From the NCBI RefSeq assembly GCF_003334385.1, contig NZ_QOWN01000018.1: a stretch of 64,000 nt of DNA; one strand, given 5' to 3'. The DNA is from Escherichia coli (GTDB lineage: Bacteria; Pseudomonadota; Gammaproteobacteria; Enterobacterales; Enterobacteriaceae). Shown one piece after another: positions 26,578 to 37,478 of the stretch. Position numbers and translations under genes: made by a program. The stretch's first letter is position 1. Each line of letters opens with the position of its first letter. The notes beneath the pieces were generated by a model, which was not told the DNA's origin, did no database searches, and saw only the letters and a list, made by a program, of their open reading frames with translations.

Positions 26578-28749
26578 ATGGCACAGTTTAAAGTTGATGA
26601 TTTTCTGATTGAGCTAGGTTTTAACTCTCAGAGGGTTTTAAAAGGTCTGGAAAAAGCCGAGAAACAAACGATGCAGGTAGCATCACGAATTGAGAAGCGA
26701 TTGAATAAAGCTTTTAAAGTTAACCCTACGCCTTTAAATGATTCTCTCAAGGTCATGGAAAGAAATGTCGATAAAACTGTTTCCAAGATTGAGCAGCGTC
26801 TTAAAAACACTAAAGCGTTTAAGATTAAAACGGAAATTGAGGATACTTTAAAGCCACTTAAACAACCGAGACAGCCACGAATTAGCGGCAACAGAGCAAT
26901 CACAGCAGCACATAGTGTGAATATGTCTAAGCTTGGTGATATTAATCCGCTGATGGCTAAAATGTTTAAAGCACAGTATTACAGCTTAAGCGGTAAGGCT
27001 GGTAATATTGGAAGTGAAAAGTTTAACGCTGAACTTGCAAAATTAAATCAATCTCTTCGTGAAACGTTGAATAAACTCAGGTCACAGACAAAGACCGCCA
27101 GCATCAGCAAAGTAAATGATTCCTTTAATAATCTTGCAAGCAATGCAATTAAGTTATCTGGTGCATTTTACTCTGTGATGGGTGCTCTTAACGCTTACAA
27201 GGCCATTATGAATGCAGGTCTTAAACGAGATTCCGCACAGAGAGCCGCTAAGTTTGTACTTGGTGATAAAGCATCTGAAGCTGAAACATTTATCAGGGGA
27301 CTGGCTGACAAGACAGGTCTTAATATCTCTGAAGGACTATCAAGCTACGCTAAGTTTGCAGCAGGTGCTCAGGGTTCTATGTCACAGGAACAGACACAGG
27401 AGCTATTTGGTAATGCAACGGCTATGAGCCGTTTAATGGGGCTTTCTAACGATGAACTAAACGGCATTTTGAAAGCTTTTGAGCAGATGGCTTCTAAGGG
27501 CAAGATTCAGGCTGAAGAATTACGTGGGCAGTTAGGTGACCGTATGGCTGGTGCATTTAAGCTATTCGCTGAAGCATTGGGTATGACTGCTACAGAGCTT
27601 GATGCAGCCATGAAAAACGGGAAGGTACTTTCCGCTGATACTCTCCCTAAAGTCGCTAAACAGATGGGCTTGATGATTGATAAAGCGGGTGGCTGGGCTG
27701 AAGTCGCTAAGAGCACCCAGACAGCTTTAGGTAAGTTAGCAAACAACTGGGATGATACGATGGTTAAAATCTTCTCAGGTTCACAGGATGAGTTAAACGG
27801 CTTCTTATCCAGCCTGGGTAGCCTGCTTAGTGAAATGGGGATGAGTTCTTCTATCGCTGGTGATGCTATCGGTGGACTTATCGACATGCTTAAAGCTGGT
27901 GTAGATGATATTCGCGTATTCAATAACACCATTGAAGGCTGGATTTTACAGGTTAAAAAGTTCTATTACAGCCTTGATGACACTAAACGAAAACTACTTG
28001 ATGAAGTCGGTGATGGTTTTATCAATTTTGTCAAAGGTCTTGCTATAGCGTTATCTGCAAAGACGCTATTCAGTGCCACTACAGGGGTGATGAACCTGAC
28101 AAGAGCAATCACAACGTTAGGTACAAGAGCTAATCAGGTGGCTGGTCAGGTAACTACTGGTAAAGGTGGTGGAAAACTGAAAGGTGTAGCTGGTGGTGTA
28201 GGTAGTGCTCTTGCAATTGGTTATGCTGATGACGGTTATGAAACAGCGTTAGCATTAGCTTCAATGATTCCACAAATCAGAGGTGTCACCCTTGGTTTAT
28301 ATGCATTGAAGAAAGCACTGGATTTTATGAATCAGGAAGTAGTCAAAAACGCTAATATGCATCCATCTGGGGTAGGTGTGGGTAGTGACTTTAATCCTGT
28401 GTATTCTGGTGACCCTAATAAACCGAATATGATTAACGAAGGATGGAGTAAAATTTTTAATTCAATGGGTGAATTGTTTAACAATGCCACAATGAATATT
28501 GCAAGATTCAATCATCCAGAATTAAACAACATTAAGCAAGATTCAGCATTAACGAGTGCAGATATTCAGAGTCTGAGGGATGAAATTAGTGCTTTGAGTA
28601 AACGTATTCAGGAGCCTGTGAAAGTTTCACTTGGTGGTGAAGTTGCCATTAAACCAGATGAAACCAGCTTTATGACCTTTAGCAGTAATATCTACGACCA
28701 ATATGCAGAAGCTACGCTATTAAGTTCATCATTCCCAGAAGATGATTGA
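26578..28749 (+). CDS. phage tail tape-measure-like protein
   Basis: 723 aa; coiled-coil N-terminal part; segment AEELRGQLGDRMAGAFKLFAEALGMTATELDAAMKNGKVLSADTLPKVAKQM resembles the conserved tape-measure N-terminal domain; Gly-rich middle. Confidence 0.65.
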   Translation: MAQFKVDDFLIELGFNSQRVLKGLEKAEKQTMQVASRIEKRLNKAFKVNPTPLNDSLKVMERNVDKTVSKIEQRLKNTKAFKIKTEIEDTLKPLKQPRQPRISGNRAITAAHSVNMSKLGDINPLMAKMFKAQYYSLSGKAGNIGSEKFNAELAKLNQSLRETLNKLRSQTKTASISKVNDSFNNLASNAIKLSGAFYSVMGALNAYKAIMNAGLKRDSAQRAAKFVLGDKASEAETFIRGLADKTGLNISEGLSSYAKFAAGAQGSMSQEQTQELFGNATAMSRLMGLSNDELNGILKAFEQMASKGKIQAEELRGQLGDRMAGAFKLFAEALGMTATELDAAMKNGKVLSADTLPKVAKQMGLMIDKAGGWAEVAKSTQTALGKLANNWDDTMVKIFSGSQDELNGFLSSLGSLLSEMGMSSSIAGDAIGGLIDMLKAGVDDIRVFNNTIEGWILQVKKFYYSLDDTKRKLLDEVGDGFINFVKGLAIALSAKTLFSATTGVMNLTRAITTLGTRANQVAGQVTTGKGGGKLKGVAGGVGSALAIGYADDGYETALALASMIPQIRGVTLGLYALKKALDFMNQEVVKNANMHPSGVGVGSDFNPVYSGDPNKPNMINEGWSKIFNSMGELFNNATMNIARFNHPELNNIKQDSALTSADIQSLRDEISALSKRIQEPVKVSLGGEVAIKPDETSFMTFSSNIYDQYAEATLLSSSFPEDD

Positions 28750-28905
28750 TTTAACGGTGTTCTACGTGAATAAAGCAAAGTTAATACCCGCACTAAAAAT
28801 TATTTTTTACGTAGCACACGCTTAACAGAGAAAATACTTATATATCAAAGGCTTGGTTAAAAATGATTAAAATACACTAAGCCTTTGAAATCAAAGGAGA
28901 ATTTA

Positions 28906-29694
28906 ATGATTTACTCTAATCAACTTCGTTACAGTGGCAAAGATGGTGTTTACTTCCATCTACAAGGCCAACCAGATAATTTCTTGTCACTATCAGCAAC
29001 AGAGAACATGGAATTTGACAGCCCTATGATGGTGACCACTCAAAATATGCAATCAGGGCAGACTGTAACAGATAATGTAATGCGTTCACCCAGAACTATT
29101 TCAATCAGTGGTGTGGTTGTAGTTGGTGAATCCGGTAGTATCCTCATCTCAAGAGATAATAAGCTGGTGGAAAACTTCATCGACACTCTTGAAAGCTGGC
29201 GTGACCAGAAGCAAATTATTTCGGTCATCTGTAAAGACGGAATTAAAATTGATGATTCTATTATTACGAGTTTTAAAGCCTCTAAAGATGTTGGTATTTC
29301 AAATGGTCTAAGAGTCCAGCTAACTTTTCAGGAAATTAACTTTAAAGCAATTGTAGGGCAAACTGATGTTTCAGCAGCTACTGGCAAAGCTGCCACCACG
29401 AATGACGGTGGTGTGACCAGTAAGAAGAATGCAGGTAACGTGACCACTGAACGCAATAACGCGCCTATGCTATCGTGCAAAGAGTTAATGAATATTAGCG
29501 ATGTATCCGGTTACGTTCCGGCTATCAGAAATGATATTCTCGATGCTCAGATTAAGTGCAATAAAGCTTGGAAGCTGGACTATTCAGACTTAACAGAAGC
29601 TGAAAAAACCAACGTCACCAATGCTAATAGTAACGCTGGTCGAGTAGCTTCAAAGCTTAAAAAGTACTCAGTGAATCCTAATAAGAGATACTAA
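28906..29694 (+). CDS. hypothetical protein downstream of tape-measure gene (possible tail-associated protein)
   Basis: ORF track 28885..29694; ATG at 28906 preceded by RBS AAAGGAGA; gene order after the tape-measure gene. Confidence 0.45.
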   Translation: MIYSNQLRYSGKDGVYFHLQGQPDNFLSLSATENMEFDSPMMVTTQNMQSGQTVTDNVMRSPRTISISGVVVVGESGSILISRDNKLVENFIDTLESWRDQKQIISVICKDGIKIDDSIITSFKASKDVGISNGLRVQLTFQEINFKAIVGQTDVSAATGKAATTNDGGVTSKKNAGNVTTERNNAPMLSCKELMNISDVSGYVPAIRNDILDAQIKCNKAWKLDYSDLTEAEKTNVTNANSNAGRVASKLKKYSVNPNKRY

Positions 29695-31220
29695 ATCTCT
29701 ACTACATCAACATCTATTAAACCCCTCTCAGTGACTTCAGAAAGCGACTGTATAGCCTCTGTAACGTTGTCTGAGGGGTTTTCTGTTATAGGTAGGTCAA
29801 TTACCTTGCCGTTGTGAAAAGTCACTTTACAGCGACGTTTAGCGGCATCTATAACTATTTCTTTGAGTACGCCCTTGATAAGTAGCTGTGTCTCTATCAT
29901 CCCTTCCTTTGTTGTCCTGTCAATATCTTTGAGGCTTCCAGTTGTGATGGCCTTTATCCGCTGTGTTTCCTCTTCGATATCATGATTGAGTTTTGATAGC
30001 GCATTCTTCATATCACGTAATTTCTCTGTGATAATTGTCATGTCATCGAGTTCAATAGCGAGTTCTGCCATTTTTGAGATTTTACGCTGCAAATCTTCAC
30101 GCTGTAATTTAAGGCTATCAATAGTGTCAGTATTTTCAGTTTCAAAACGGTCGCATAATGCGAGCATGTAGAGAATAGTTGCATCCGTTTGCTTACGACT
30201 GATAGCCTTTGCACTACACCTGTTAGCTGAACGATTAGGGCATCTGTACATCCCAAAACGTTTTAAGGCATATCCACCAAGAACAATAGTAGCCCCACAC
30301 TCAGAACATTTGATGATACCCCTGAACAAGTTGACTGATAGCGGATTACTTGATACAGAAGCCCTACCATATTGCCCTGTGTTCAGTTGCTGTACTCGAT
30401 AGAATAGTGACTCACTGATTATTGCGGGGTAGTAACCCTGAACTTCTTCACGTCCAGCAGGTGTGAAACATCCAATCACAGCACGATTTCTGAGTAGTTT
30501 CTTTACAGCAGTATCAGACCACCCCTTTTGTTTGGGTGTGTATTGATTCAATGACAAGTGGCCTTCATCGTTTAAAGTTCTGGTGATAGCCCAAAAGCTT
30601 AAACCCTGTAATCTCAGGTCAAATGCTCGTTTAACAACTTCCACTTTATCGGGGATGATAGTGAATGTTCGACGGTCATCATTCAGCCTTAACCATGCAG
30701 GACAACGCCTAGATACCTTGATACCTTCGGAGATGAGTTCTTTTTTACGGTTCCATGCAGCTTGGACACGCTCAGACTTCCTCAGACTTTCCTCATGCGC
30801 CCGCTGCATTATCAGAATGCTTTTAATCAGGGATAACGGGTCTTTTAAACTTTCTCGTGTGTAATGTTCACCATCGGACAGGGTGACTACATCTACACCA
30901 GCCCTTAAGATACGGCGTAATAGCTCAGAAGCAATATCAATATCCTGACGTGACAGACGGTCTAAACTCTCGATTAGTAGCGTATCACCAGCTTTAACAA
31001 GCCCTTTCTCGATAGCGGTTAGAAAGTCACCTAGACCACCTTTCAGGTGCTTACCACTAAAAGCACTTTTCCCCAAATCTTTAAAGCTCAAGGATGAATC
31101 CAAGTAAAACTCAGGGTTCTTATCAAGCCAGTCAGTAACCAGCTTAGATTGTCTGCGTACAGAGTCCCCTTTTAGTTGTCGTTCACTTGAAAATCTGATG
31201 TAGCTGATTGCCCGTCTCAT
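29691..31220 (-). CDS. large serine recombinase (serine integrase)
   Basis: About 510 aa; N-terminal resolvase-type catalytic domain ([12 protein letters not shown], active-site Ser), recombinase domain, zinc-ribbon-like Cys cluster (CSECGATIV...CPNRSANRC), C-terminal coiled-coil; first ATG at 31220, track start at 31226 is TTG. Confidence 0.88.
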   Translation of the reverse strand: MRRAISYIRFSSERQLKGDSVRRQSKLVTDWLDKNPEFYLDSSLSFKDLGKSAFSGKHLKGGLGDFLTAIEKGLVKAGDTLLIESLDRLSRQDIDIASELLRRILRAGVDVVTLSDGEHYTRESLKDPLSLIKSILIMQRAHEESLRKSERVQAAWNRKKELISEGIKVSRRCPAWLRLNDDRRTFTIIPDKVEVVKRAFDLRLQGLSFWAITRTLNDEGHLSLNQYTPKQKGWSDTAVKKLLRNRAVIGCFTPAGREEVQGYYPAIISESLFYRVQQLNTGQYGRASVSSNPLSVNLFRGIIKCSECGATIVLGGYALKRFGMYRCPNRSANRCSAKAISRKQTDATILYMLALCDRFETENTDTIDSLKLQREDLQRKISKMAELAIELDDMTIITEKLRDMKNALSKLNHDIEEETQRIKAITTGSLKDIDRTTKEGMIETQLLIKGVLKEIVIDAAKRRCKVTFHNGKVIDLPITENPSDNVTEAIQSLSEVTERGLIDVDVVEI

Positions 31221-31243
31221 ATTCAATACCTAAAATGATGTGT

Positions 31244-31441
31244 TTAGGAACCCATTATACTGAAGACAATACCGGACCACATATTCAGGGCGGAGTGACC
31301 GGTAACGCCAAGCTGCTCAACGTAGAGGGGTAAGAAGGGCATTACCAGACTGAAGGCGGCACCGGTAAGAAAACAGCCTAGCCAGGCGACGATCAGGTTT
31401 CGTTTCCAGTTTATAGGGGTGTCATTTTCACAGGGTGACAT
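31244..31441 (-). pseudogene. mdtG: mdtG 5' fragment (N-terminal 58 codons of MdtG fused to 7 element-derived codons before a stop)
   Basis: Starts [16 protein letters not shown]... as MdtG; sequence diverges at the junction near 31260. Confidence 0.85.
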
Positions 31442-31612
31442 AGCAATCCGCTGTTGGTGCGCCAGGCGCGGTGAACATAAGAAGAAAAGATAAGCACACT
31501 AATTATGCGCCCGACTTCCAGGGGGCGCAATCCAGAGAGCTTTTATCGCTAAATCAGGGGGATTTGCTGTGGTAATGCCGGATGCCATTCTGAAGCATCC
31601 GGCATGGGAGAT

Positions 31613-32533
31613 TTAATAGCGTGAAGGAACGCCTTCCGGGCGTGTTTTAAAGCGACGGTGTAACCACATATACTGCTCTGGTGCCATCATGATGCATTTT
31701 TCGACCACTTTGTTCATCCACGCGGCGGTAGTTTCGGCATCATCCAGTGGCGGAGAACACTCTGGCGGCAGCATAATCAATTGATACCCTTTGCCATCTG
31801 GCTTACGGCGTGGAACGAAGGGCACCAGACATGCGCCGGACATCCGTGCCAGCATCCAGGTTCCGGTCGTGGTCGCAGCCTGCTCAACGGCAAACAACGG
31901 GACGAAAACGCTTGAGCGCGGGCCGTAATCATGATCCGGTGCGTACCAGACCACTTCGCCTTTTTTCAGGGCTTTAATCATGCCTTTTAAATCTTTGCGG
32001 TCGAGCATCGATTTATTTGAGCGCAAACGGCCCCAGGTTTGTAGCCAGTCAATCAGTGGATTATCGTTCGGGCGATAAACGCCAATACCCGGTTCCTGCA
32101 TACCAAACTGCCGCGCACCCAGCTCCAGTGTCAGAAAATGGATGCCAACTAACAGGATGCCGCGTTTTTGCGCCTGCACGTCACGAATGTGTTCCATGCC
32201 GATCACTTCCGTCCAGCGGGCGATTCGGCGGTCCGGCCAGAACCACGCCATGCCGGTTTCCATCAGGCCCATGCCAACGGATTCGAAATTCTTCACCACC
32301 ATTTTACGGCGTTCTTGTTCGCTCATTTCCGGGAAGCACAGTTCCAGGTTGCGATGCACAATTTTTGCGCGTCGTTTCATAAAACGTAACGCCAGTTTTC
32401 CTAATCCACAACCGAGGCGGTAGATAACCGGGTAGGGCAATTGCACGACTAACCAAAGTACGCCAATACCCAACCAGGTTAACCAATAACGCGGATGAAG
32501 CAGTGCGGTGGAGAACTTGGGTAGATTCGTCAT
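31613..32533 (-). CDS. lpxL: lipid A biosynthesis lauroyl acyltransferase LpxL (HtrB)
   Basis: Start trimmed to [17 protein letters not shown] (306 aa). Confidence 0.93.
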
Positions 32534-32757
32534 ATCAATCCTGTTTTTCAACCTATTCGGGCAATTGTATGTATTGTCGCATTTTTTCGCCCGCAACCAA
32601 AATTTGTGGCTGAAGACTGGGCGAAATTGCCGCGCTTGTAAATAACAAATAATTTTTAATGCGCAAATGTAGCGTAAAATGTGTGGATGTTAATTATCGA
32701 TAATTGCTATATCATGCCGCGGATTTTTACTTTCCCATCTCGCAGGAACCGTACACC

Positions 32758-33810
32758 ATGCCAGTGTTACACAACCGCATTTCCAACGACGCGCTAAAAG
32801 CCAAAATGTTGGCTGAGAGCGAACCGCGAACCACCATTTCGTTTTACAAGTATTTCCACATCGCCGATCCTAAGGCGACCCGTGACGCTTTATATCAGCT
32901 GTTTACCGCGCTGAATGTTTTTGGGCGAGTGTATCTGGCGCATGAGGGCATTAACGCGCAAATCAGCGTACCTGCGAGCAATGTTGAAACATTTCGCGCG
33001 CAGCTCTATGCCTTCGACCCGGCTTTAGAGGGTTTACGCCTGAATATCGCGTTGGATGATGACGGGAAATCCTTCTGGGTACTGCGCATGAAGGTACGCG
33101 ATCGCATTGTTGCCGACGGTATTGACGATCCTCACTTTGATGCCAGCAATGTTGGTGAGTATCTGCAAGCGGCGGAAGTGAACGCCATGCTTGACGATCC
33201 CGATGCACTATTTATCGACATGCGTAACCACTATGAGTATGAAGTGGGGCACTTTGAAAACGCGCTCGAAATTCTGGCAGATACCTTCCGTGAGCAGCTG
33301 CCAAAAGCAGTCGAGATGATGCAGGCACATAAAGATAAAAAAATCGTCATGTACTGCACCGGCGGCATTCGTTGTGAAAAGGCCAGTGCCTGGATGAAAC
33401 ATAACGGATTCAACAAAGTCTGGCATATCGAGGGCGGAATTATTGAATACGCCCGTAAGGCGCGCGAGCAGGGCTTGCCGGTGCGTTTTATTGGCAAAAA
33501 TTTTGTTTTTGACGAGCGGATGGGCGAACGTATATCGGATGAGATTATCGCGCATTGCCACCAGTGCGGCGCGCCGTGCGACAGCCATACCAACTGTAAA
33601 AATGATGGCTGCCACCTGCTGTTTATTCAGTGTCCAGTATGCGCGGAAAAATACAAAGGTTGTTGTAGTGAGATTTGCTGCGAAGAAAGCGCGTTACCGC
33701 CAGAAGAACAGCGACGCCGTCGGGCAGGACGTGAAAATGGCAATAAGATCTTTAATAAGTCTCGTGGACGTCTGAATACAACACTGTGCATTCCTGATCC
33801 AACAGAATAA
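32758..33810 (+). CDS. trhO: rhodanese-domain tRNA uridine(34) hydroxylase TrhO (YceA)
   Basis: Start trimmed to [16 protein letters not shown] (350 aa); rhodanese active-site Cys (YCTGGIRCE). Confidence 0.9.
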   Translation: MPVLHNRISNDALKAKMLAESEPRTTISFYKYFHIADPKATRDALYQLFTALNVFGRVYLAHEGINAQISVPASNVETFRAQLYAFDPALEGLRLNIALDDDGKSFWVLRMKVRDRIVADGIDDPHFDASNVGEYLQAAEVNAMLDDPDALFIDMRNHYEYEVGHFENALEILADTFREQLPKAVEMMQAHKDKKIVMYCTGGIRCEKASAWMKHNGFNKVWHIEGGIIEYARKAREQGLPVRFIGKNFVFDERMGERISDEIIAHCHQCGAPCDSHTNCKNDGCHLLFIQCPVCAEKYKGCCSEICCEESALPPEEQRRRRAGRENGNKIFNKSRGRLNTTLCIPDPTE

Positions 33811-33851
33811 ATATCATTGCCGGATGCGTGCCATCCGGCAACATTTCACGC

Positions 33852-34427
33852 TTACTTCTGCTGTACGCCTTCCACTGAAATAATCAGATCCACTTCCTGA
33901 GAAGCTGGACCTAAATCTGTCTTGATATTGAAGTCCTTGAGCTTAATTTTGCCTTCGGCCTCGAAGCCTGCACGTTTACCACCCCATGGGTCGTCGCCCT
34001 GACCAATTAATTTCGCTTCCAGCGTGACGGGTTTGGTTACGCCATTCAGCGTCAGATCGCCGGTAATATCCAGTTCGTCACCGTCTTTCTTCACGCTGGT
34101 GGAGGTGAATGTTGCCTGTGGATATTTTGCGGTATTGAGGAAATCTGCACTGCGAAGATGTTTATCGCGTTCGGCGTGATTAGTATCGACGCTGGTGGTG
34201 TTAATTGTCACATTCACTTTATCGGCAGCCGGATTTTTTTCGTCAAAGGTAAAAGTACCGTCGAAATCTTTAAAGGTGCCGTATAACCAGCTATAGCCAA
34301 GGTGCTGGATGCGGAAATTAACAAAGGCGTGCTGACCTTCTTTGTCAATTTTGTAATCGGCGGCAACCGCTGAACCGGCAGAGAACATCAGGGACGCGAA
34401 GGTTAAACCAAGCAGGCTTTTTTTCAT
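33852..34427 (-). CDS. yceI: periplasmic YceI-family protein
   Basis: 191 aa with signal peptide [22 protein letters not shown]. Confidence 0.92.
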
Positions 34428-34430
34428 TTT

Positions 34431-34997
34431 TTATACTCCATAGTCAGATGACGACTTTCCCAGCATGCGCTTCAGAGTGTCGTCTTTATCGATGAAATGA
34501 TGCTTCAGGGCCATAAATCCGTGCATAACGGACAGTACTACGACGCTCCACGCGAGCCAAAAATGCAGGGCACCGGCAAAGTCTGCCTGTGCGCCAGCGT
34601 CGGCAAGGGTCGCGGGGACGTCAAACCAGCCAAAAACGCTGATCGGTTTACCATCGGCAGTTGAGATCAGATAGCCGCTGATGCCGATGGCGAAAAGCAA
34701 TAGGTACAATGCGAGATGTCCAGCTCTTGCGGCAAGACGAGTCATGGGGGAATAACTCGGCAGCGGACCCGGCGGTGGAGATATGACACGCCACAGAACG
34801 CGAATAACCAGCCCCATCATTAACAAAATACCGATGCTTTTATGCAGTTCGGGTGCTTTGTGATACCAGCCATCGTAATAACTGAGCGTGACCATCCACA
34901 GACCTAAAGCAAACATGCCGTAGACAATAATTGCGCTTAGCCAATGGAAGGCCGCAGATATAACACCATAGCGTTCAGGGGTATTTGTGAATGACAT
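34431..34997 (-). CDS. yceJ: cytochrome b561 family membrane protein YceJ
   Basis: Start trimmed to MSFTNTPERYGVISAAFHW (188 aa); conserved His-containing TM helices. Confidence 0.88.
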   Translation of the reverse strand: MSFTNTPERYGVISAAFHWLSAIIVYGMFALGLWMVTLSYYDGWYHKAPELHKSIGILLMMGLVIRVLWRVISPPPGPLPSYSPMTRLAARAGHLALYLLLFAIGISGYLISTADGKPISVFGWFDVPATLADAGAQADFAGALHFWLAWSVVVLSVMHGFMALKHHFIDKDDTLKRMLGKSSSDYGV

Positions 34998-35257
34998 AAG
35001 TGCATCCAAAACGAATTTGCGAGAGAAAGAAAATGGCGTGTCGGAGAATGAATTGCAACACAAAAATAACAAATTGAATGATATTTATTTTTATTTCAAT
35101 AATTTTGAATTAATAATGAAAGAATCTTCATAAGTTTAGTGGGTTCAGCATCAGAGATGTCTGGTGAGTGCTGTAGAAGCAGGAATAATCTCATTCAATT
35201 TTTCACGCTAAATGAAAGGGAGATTAAATATTTGTCAGTTTATGTCAGTGCGGAAAA

Positions 35258-35371
35258 CTAAAAATAAAACACATAGATCAGATCCATAATTGCCAACAAT
35301 CCCCAGAGAAAAAGATAAAGCATCAGATGCTCGCGAATATTATTGATGAGATAGTGCAACAGCCGACGCAT
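35258..35371 (-). CDS. yceO: small hydrophobic protein (YceO-like)
   Basis: 37-codon [40 protein letters not shown] between yceJ and solA; below the ORF-track size threshold; symbol assigned from position and memory. Confidence 0.45.
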
Positions 35372-35418
35372 TAAATACTCCTGTAAAAACGGCCTCATTC
35401 TGGAGGCCGTAATGATGA

Positions 35419-36537
35419 TTATTGGAAGCGGGAAAGCCTGAATGGCGTCAAATCAAAATCGCTTTTTTTGTCTTGCGCAAAATCGGCAGCTATTTCCCCT
35501 AAAACTGACGCAAATTTAAAACCGTGCCCACTCAGGCCGGTAATGAGCAGTGTATTATCGTGGCCGGGTAGGGTATCGATAATAAAATCTTCGTCAGGCG
35601 AATTATCATAGGTGCAGGCAGCGCCGTACAGGCAGCAACCGATACCCGGCAATACATTGCGCAAGAACGGGAAGGCTTCTGACCCATCACTGGCCACTTC
35701 CGCAAACGGAACACGTTCATCCGCTGAATGGATAACCTGGCCTCCGTTATGTTTGCCAATCTTCAACGCGTCGTTTTCTGCCGGAAAACCATAATATTGA
35801 TCGCCATTGGGCAGTTCACCGGTAAACGCCGGGAATTTATTCTTCACGCTATAGCGGCCATCGGCCTGATACCAGGCAAATACTTTGCGTACGGGCTGGA
35901 CAGGCAGCTCCGGGAGCAGGTCTTTTACCCATGTTCCCGCGCAGACAATCGCTTTTTTCGCCTGATACTCACCGTCAGCCGTTTCAATAGTTACGCCATC
36001 ATCGTCATGACGAATTGCGGTGACCGGGCAGTTGAACAGTTGCGCACAGCCCGCTTCCTTCGCCAGTTGGATCCAGGTTTTAATCGCCAGTTCGCTGCGC
36101 AAAAAACCGGAATCAGTTTCAAATAAGCCGATGTAGTTGTCCGGGACGCGTATTTCCGGCCAGCGGGCCATAATCCCTTGCGCATCGAGCTTTTCAACGT
36201 TGAGTTGCCATTGTTCGGCGCTGTGGGCGACGTTGGCGAGAAATGTGGAATCAGCCGGGCCAAGGTTAATGACGCCAGAGCGTACAAAAATGGGATCTTC
36301 TTCGTTGTGGCGGGAGAGTTCATCCCACAGCGTTTGCGCGCGGAGGACCAGCGGGACATACTTTTCGCCTTCACCATAAGCATGGCGAATTAATCGCGTA
36401 TCGCCGTGGTGGCTGCCGTGTTGATGCGGTGGCATATGGGCGTCGGTCATTAGCACGTTTAAACCGGCGCGGGTTGCATAATACCCGGCGGCAGCGCCTA
36501 CGGAACCGCTGCCAATAATGATGAGATCGTATTTCAT
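35419..36537 (-). CDS. solA: N-methyl-L-tryptophan oxidase (FAD-dependent)
   Basis: 372 aa; N-terminal FAD-binding GxGxxG ([14 protein letters not shown]). Confidence 0.93.
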
Positions 36538-36651
36538 TTTTTTCTCTCTGCTCTCATGGTTTAAGCAGAGTAATTAACTGAATGCAGATATACAACCCAG
36601 AAATGGTAAAGGCACCGGTGAGGTGCCTTTTGGGTGGATGGTCATGTCATG

Positions 36652-36906
36652 TTAATGACGCCGATACTCGTTTACCTGGAAATCACCGGATTCAATTTTG
36701 GCGATTCCTGCTTCTAATATCGAAATAAATTGTCTGGCAACATCAGTGGTTAACCAGAGCGTCTGACCAACTTCAGTCCCTTCCTGCTCGGACTTATTTG
36801 GGGTCTGGTAGTGCAAACGCAACATCAGCGCATCATAACTATCAACGGTGCTGATGTCCCACCCTACGAGCGGATGAGTCTGAATGACTTCATTATTTTT
36901 TTCCAT
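36652..36906 (-). CDS. bssS: biofilm regulator BssS
   Basis: 84-85 aa ORF (MEKNNEVIQTHPLVGWDIS...). Confidence 0.88.
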   Translation of the reverse strand: MEKNNEVIQTHPLVGWDISTVDSYDALMLRLHYQTPNKSEQEGTEVGQTLWLTTDVARQFISILEAGIAKIESGDFQVNEYRRH

Positions 36907-37193
36907 CATGGCCCCCTAATTCGTGTTACTAGACAACGTTATTCGAGGTTCAATGCGTTTTTATCTGAAGCAACTTCAGTATACCAATAAGTAAGGGTAT
37001 TCACCGAATTTTTAAAGGGGGAAACAGATAAATTTCTGCTTTTAAGATTTATATGAACAATAAAACAGCATGTCATTCATATTTTTTTAGCATATTGTGC
37101 AATTATTTTGAGGAAGTGTAGAAATTTTGTACTCAAAATTCGTAAGTAAAATAAAAAAGCCGGGGCGACCCGGCAAAAAAAAATCACTGCATA

Positions 37194-37439
37194 TTATTCG
37201 CTGACAAACCAGTCATCGGCGCTTTCCCACGTTTCCTGGAGAATTTCACTAATGCGCTGTTTATCTTCTTTTGTCGCGCCAATAACCGATAAATTATTCG
37301 CTGCGGCATAACGTACCGATACGTGGCCTTCATTATCAGGAAACGCATACTGAATACGGCGGGAAAGTTCGCCAGCCAGGGCGTCAATAGCCCCAGCTGG
37401 CAATGGAGAAGTTTTCGCTATGGTGACTTCAATTCGCAT
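37194..37439 (-). CDS. dinI: DNA damage-inducible protein I
   Basis: 81 aa starting MRIEVTIAKTSPLPAGAIDALAGELSRR (internal start of the 125-aa track ORF). Confidence 0.92.
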   Translation of the reverse strand: MRIEVTIAKTSPLPAGAIDALAGELSRRIQYAFPDNEGHVSVRYAAANNLSVIGATKEDKQRISEILQETWESADDWFVSE

Positions 37440-37458
37440 AATAGCCCCCTGTTGAATA

Positions 37459-37478
37459 TACTGGTTATTTATACAGGT
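37459..37478 (-). promoter_or_regulatory. LexA operator (SOS box) of dinI
   Basis: Minus-strand ACCTGTATAAATAACCAGTA (CTGT-N8-CCAG, near-consensus SOS box) 20 bp upstream of dinI. Confidence 0.8.

Larger units (their letters stand above)
19888..31259. mobile_element. About 11.4-kb integrated serine-recombinase element (satellite-like or remnant prophage) inserted within mdtG
   Basis: Splits mdtG into two fragments; shared CTGA core at both junctions (19884-19887 and 31260-31263); imperfect inverted repeat at the termini (TTCCCTAAATACAC vs revcomp TTCCTAAACACAT); large serine recombinase gene 40 bp inside the right end; visibly more AT-rich than flanks; phage-type genes. Confidence 0.85.

Noticed and set aside
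26578-28749. Considered whether the 723-aa protein could be a defence ATPase or SMC-like protein because of its coiled-coil content
   Set aside because: No Walker A/B motifs seen; the conserved segment matches a tape-measure N-terminal domain and the Gly-rich stretch is typical of tape-measure proteins.
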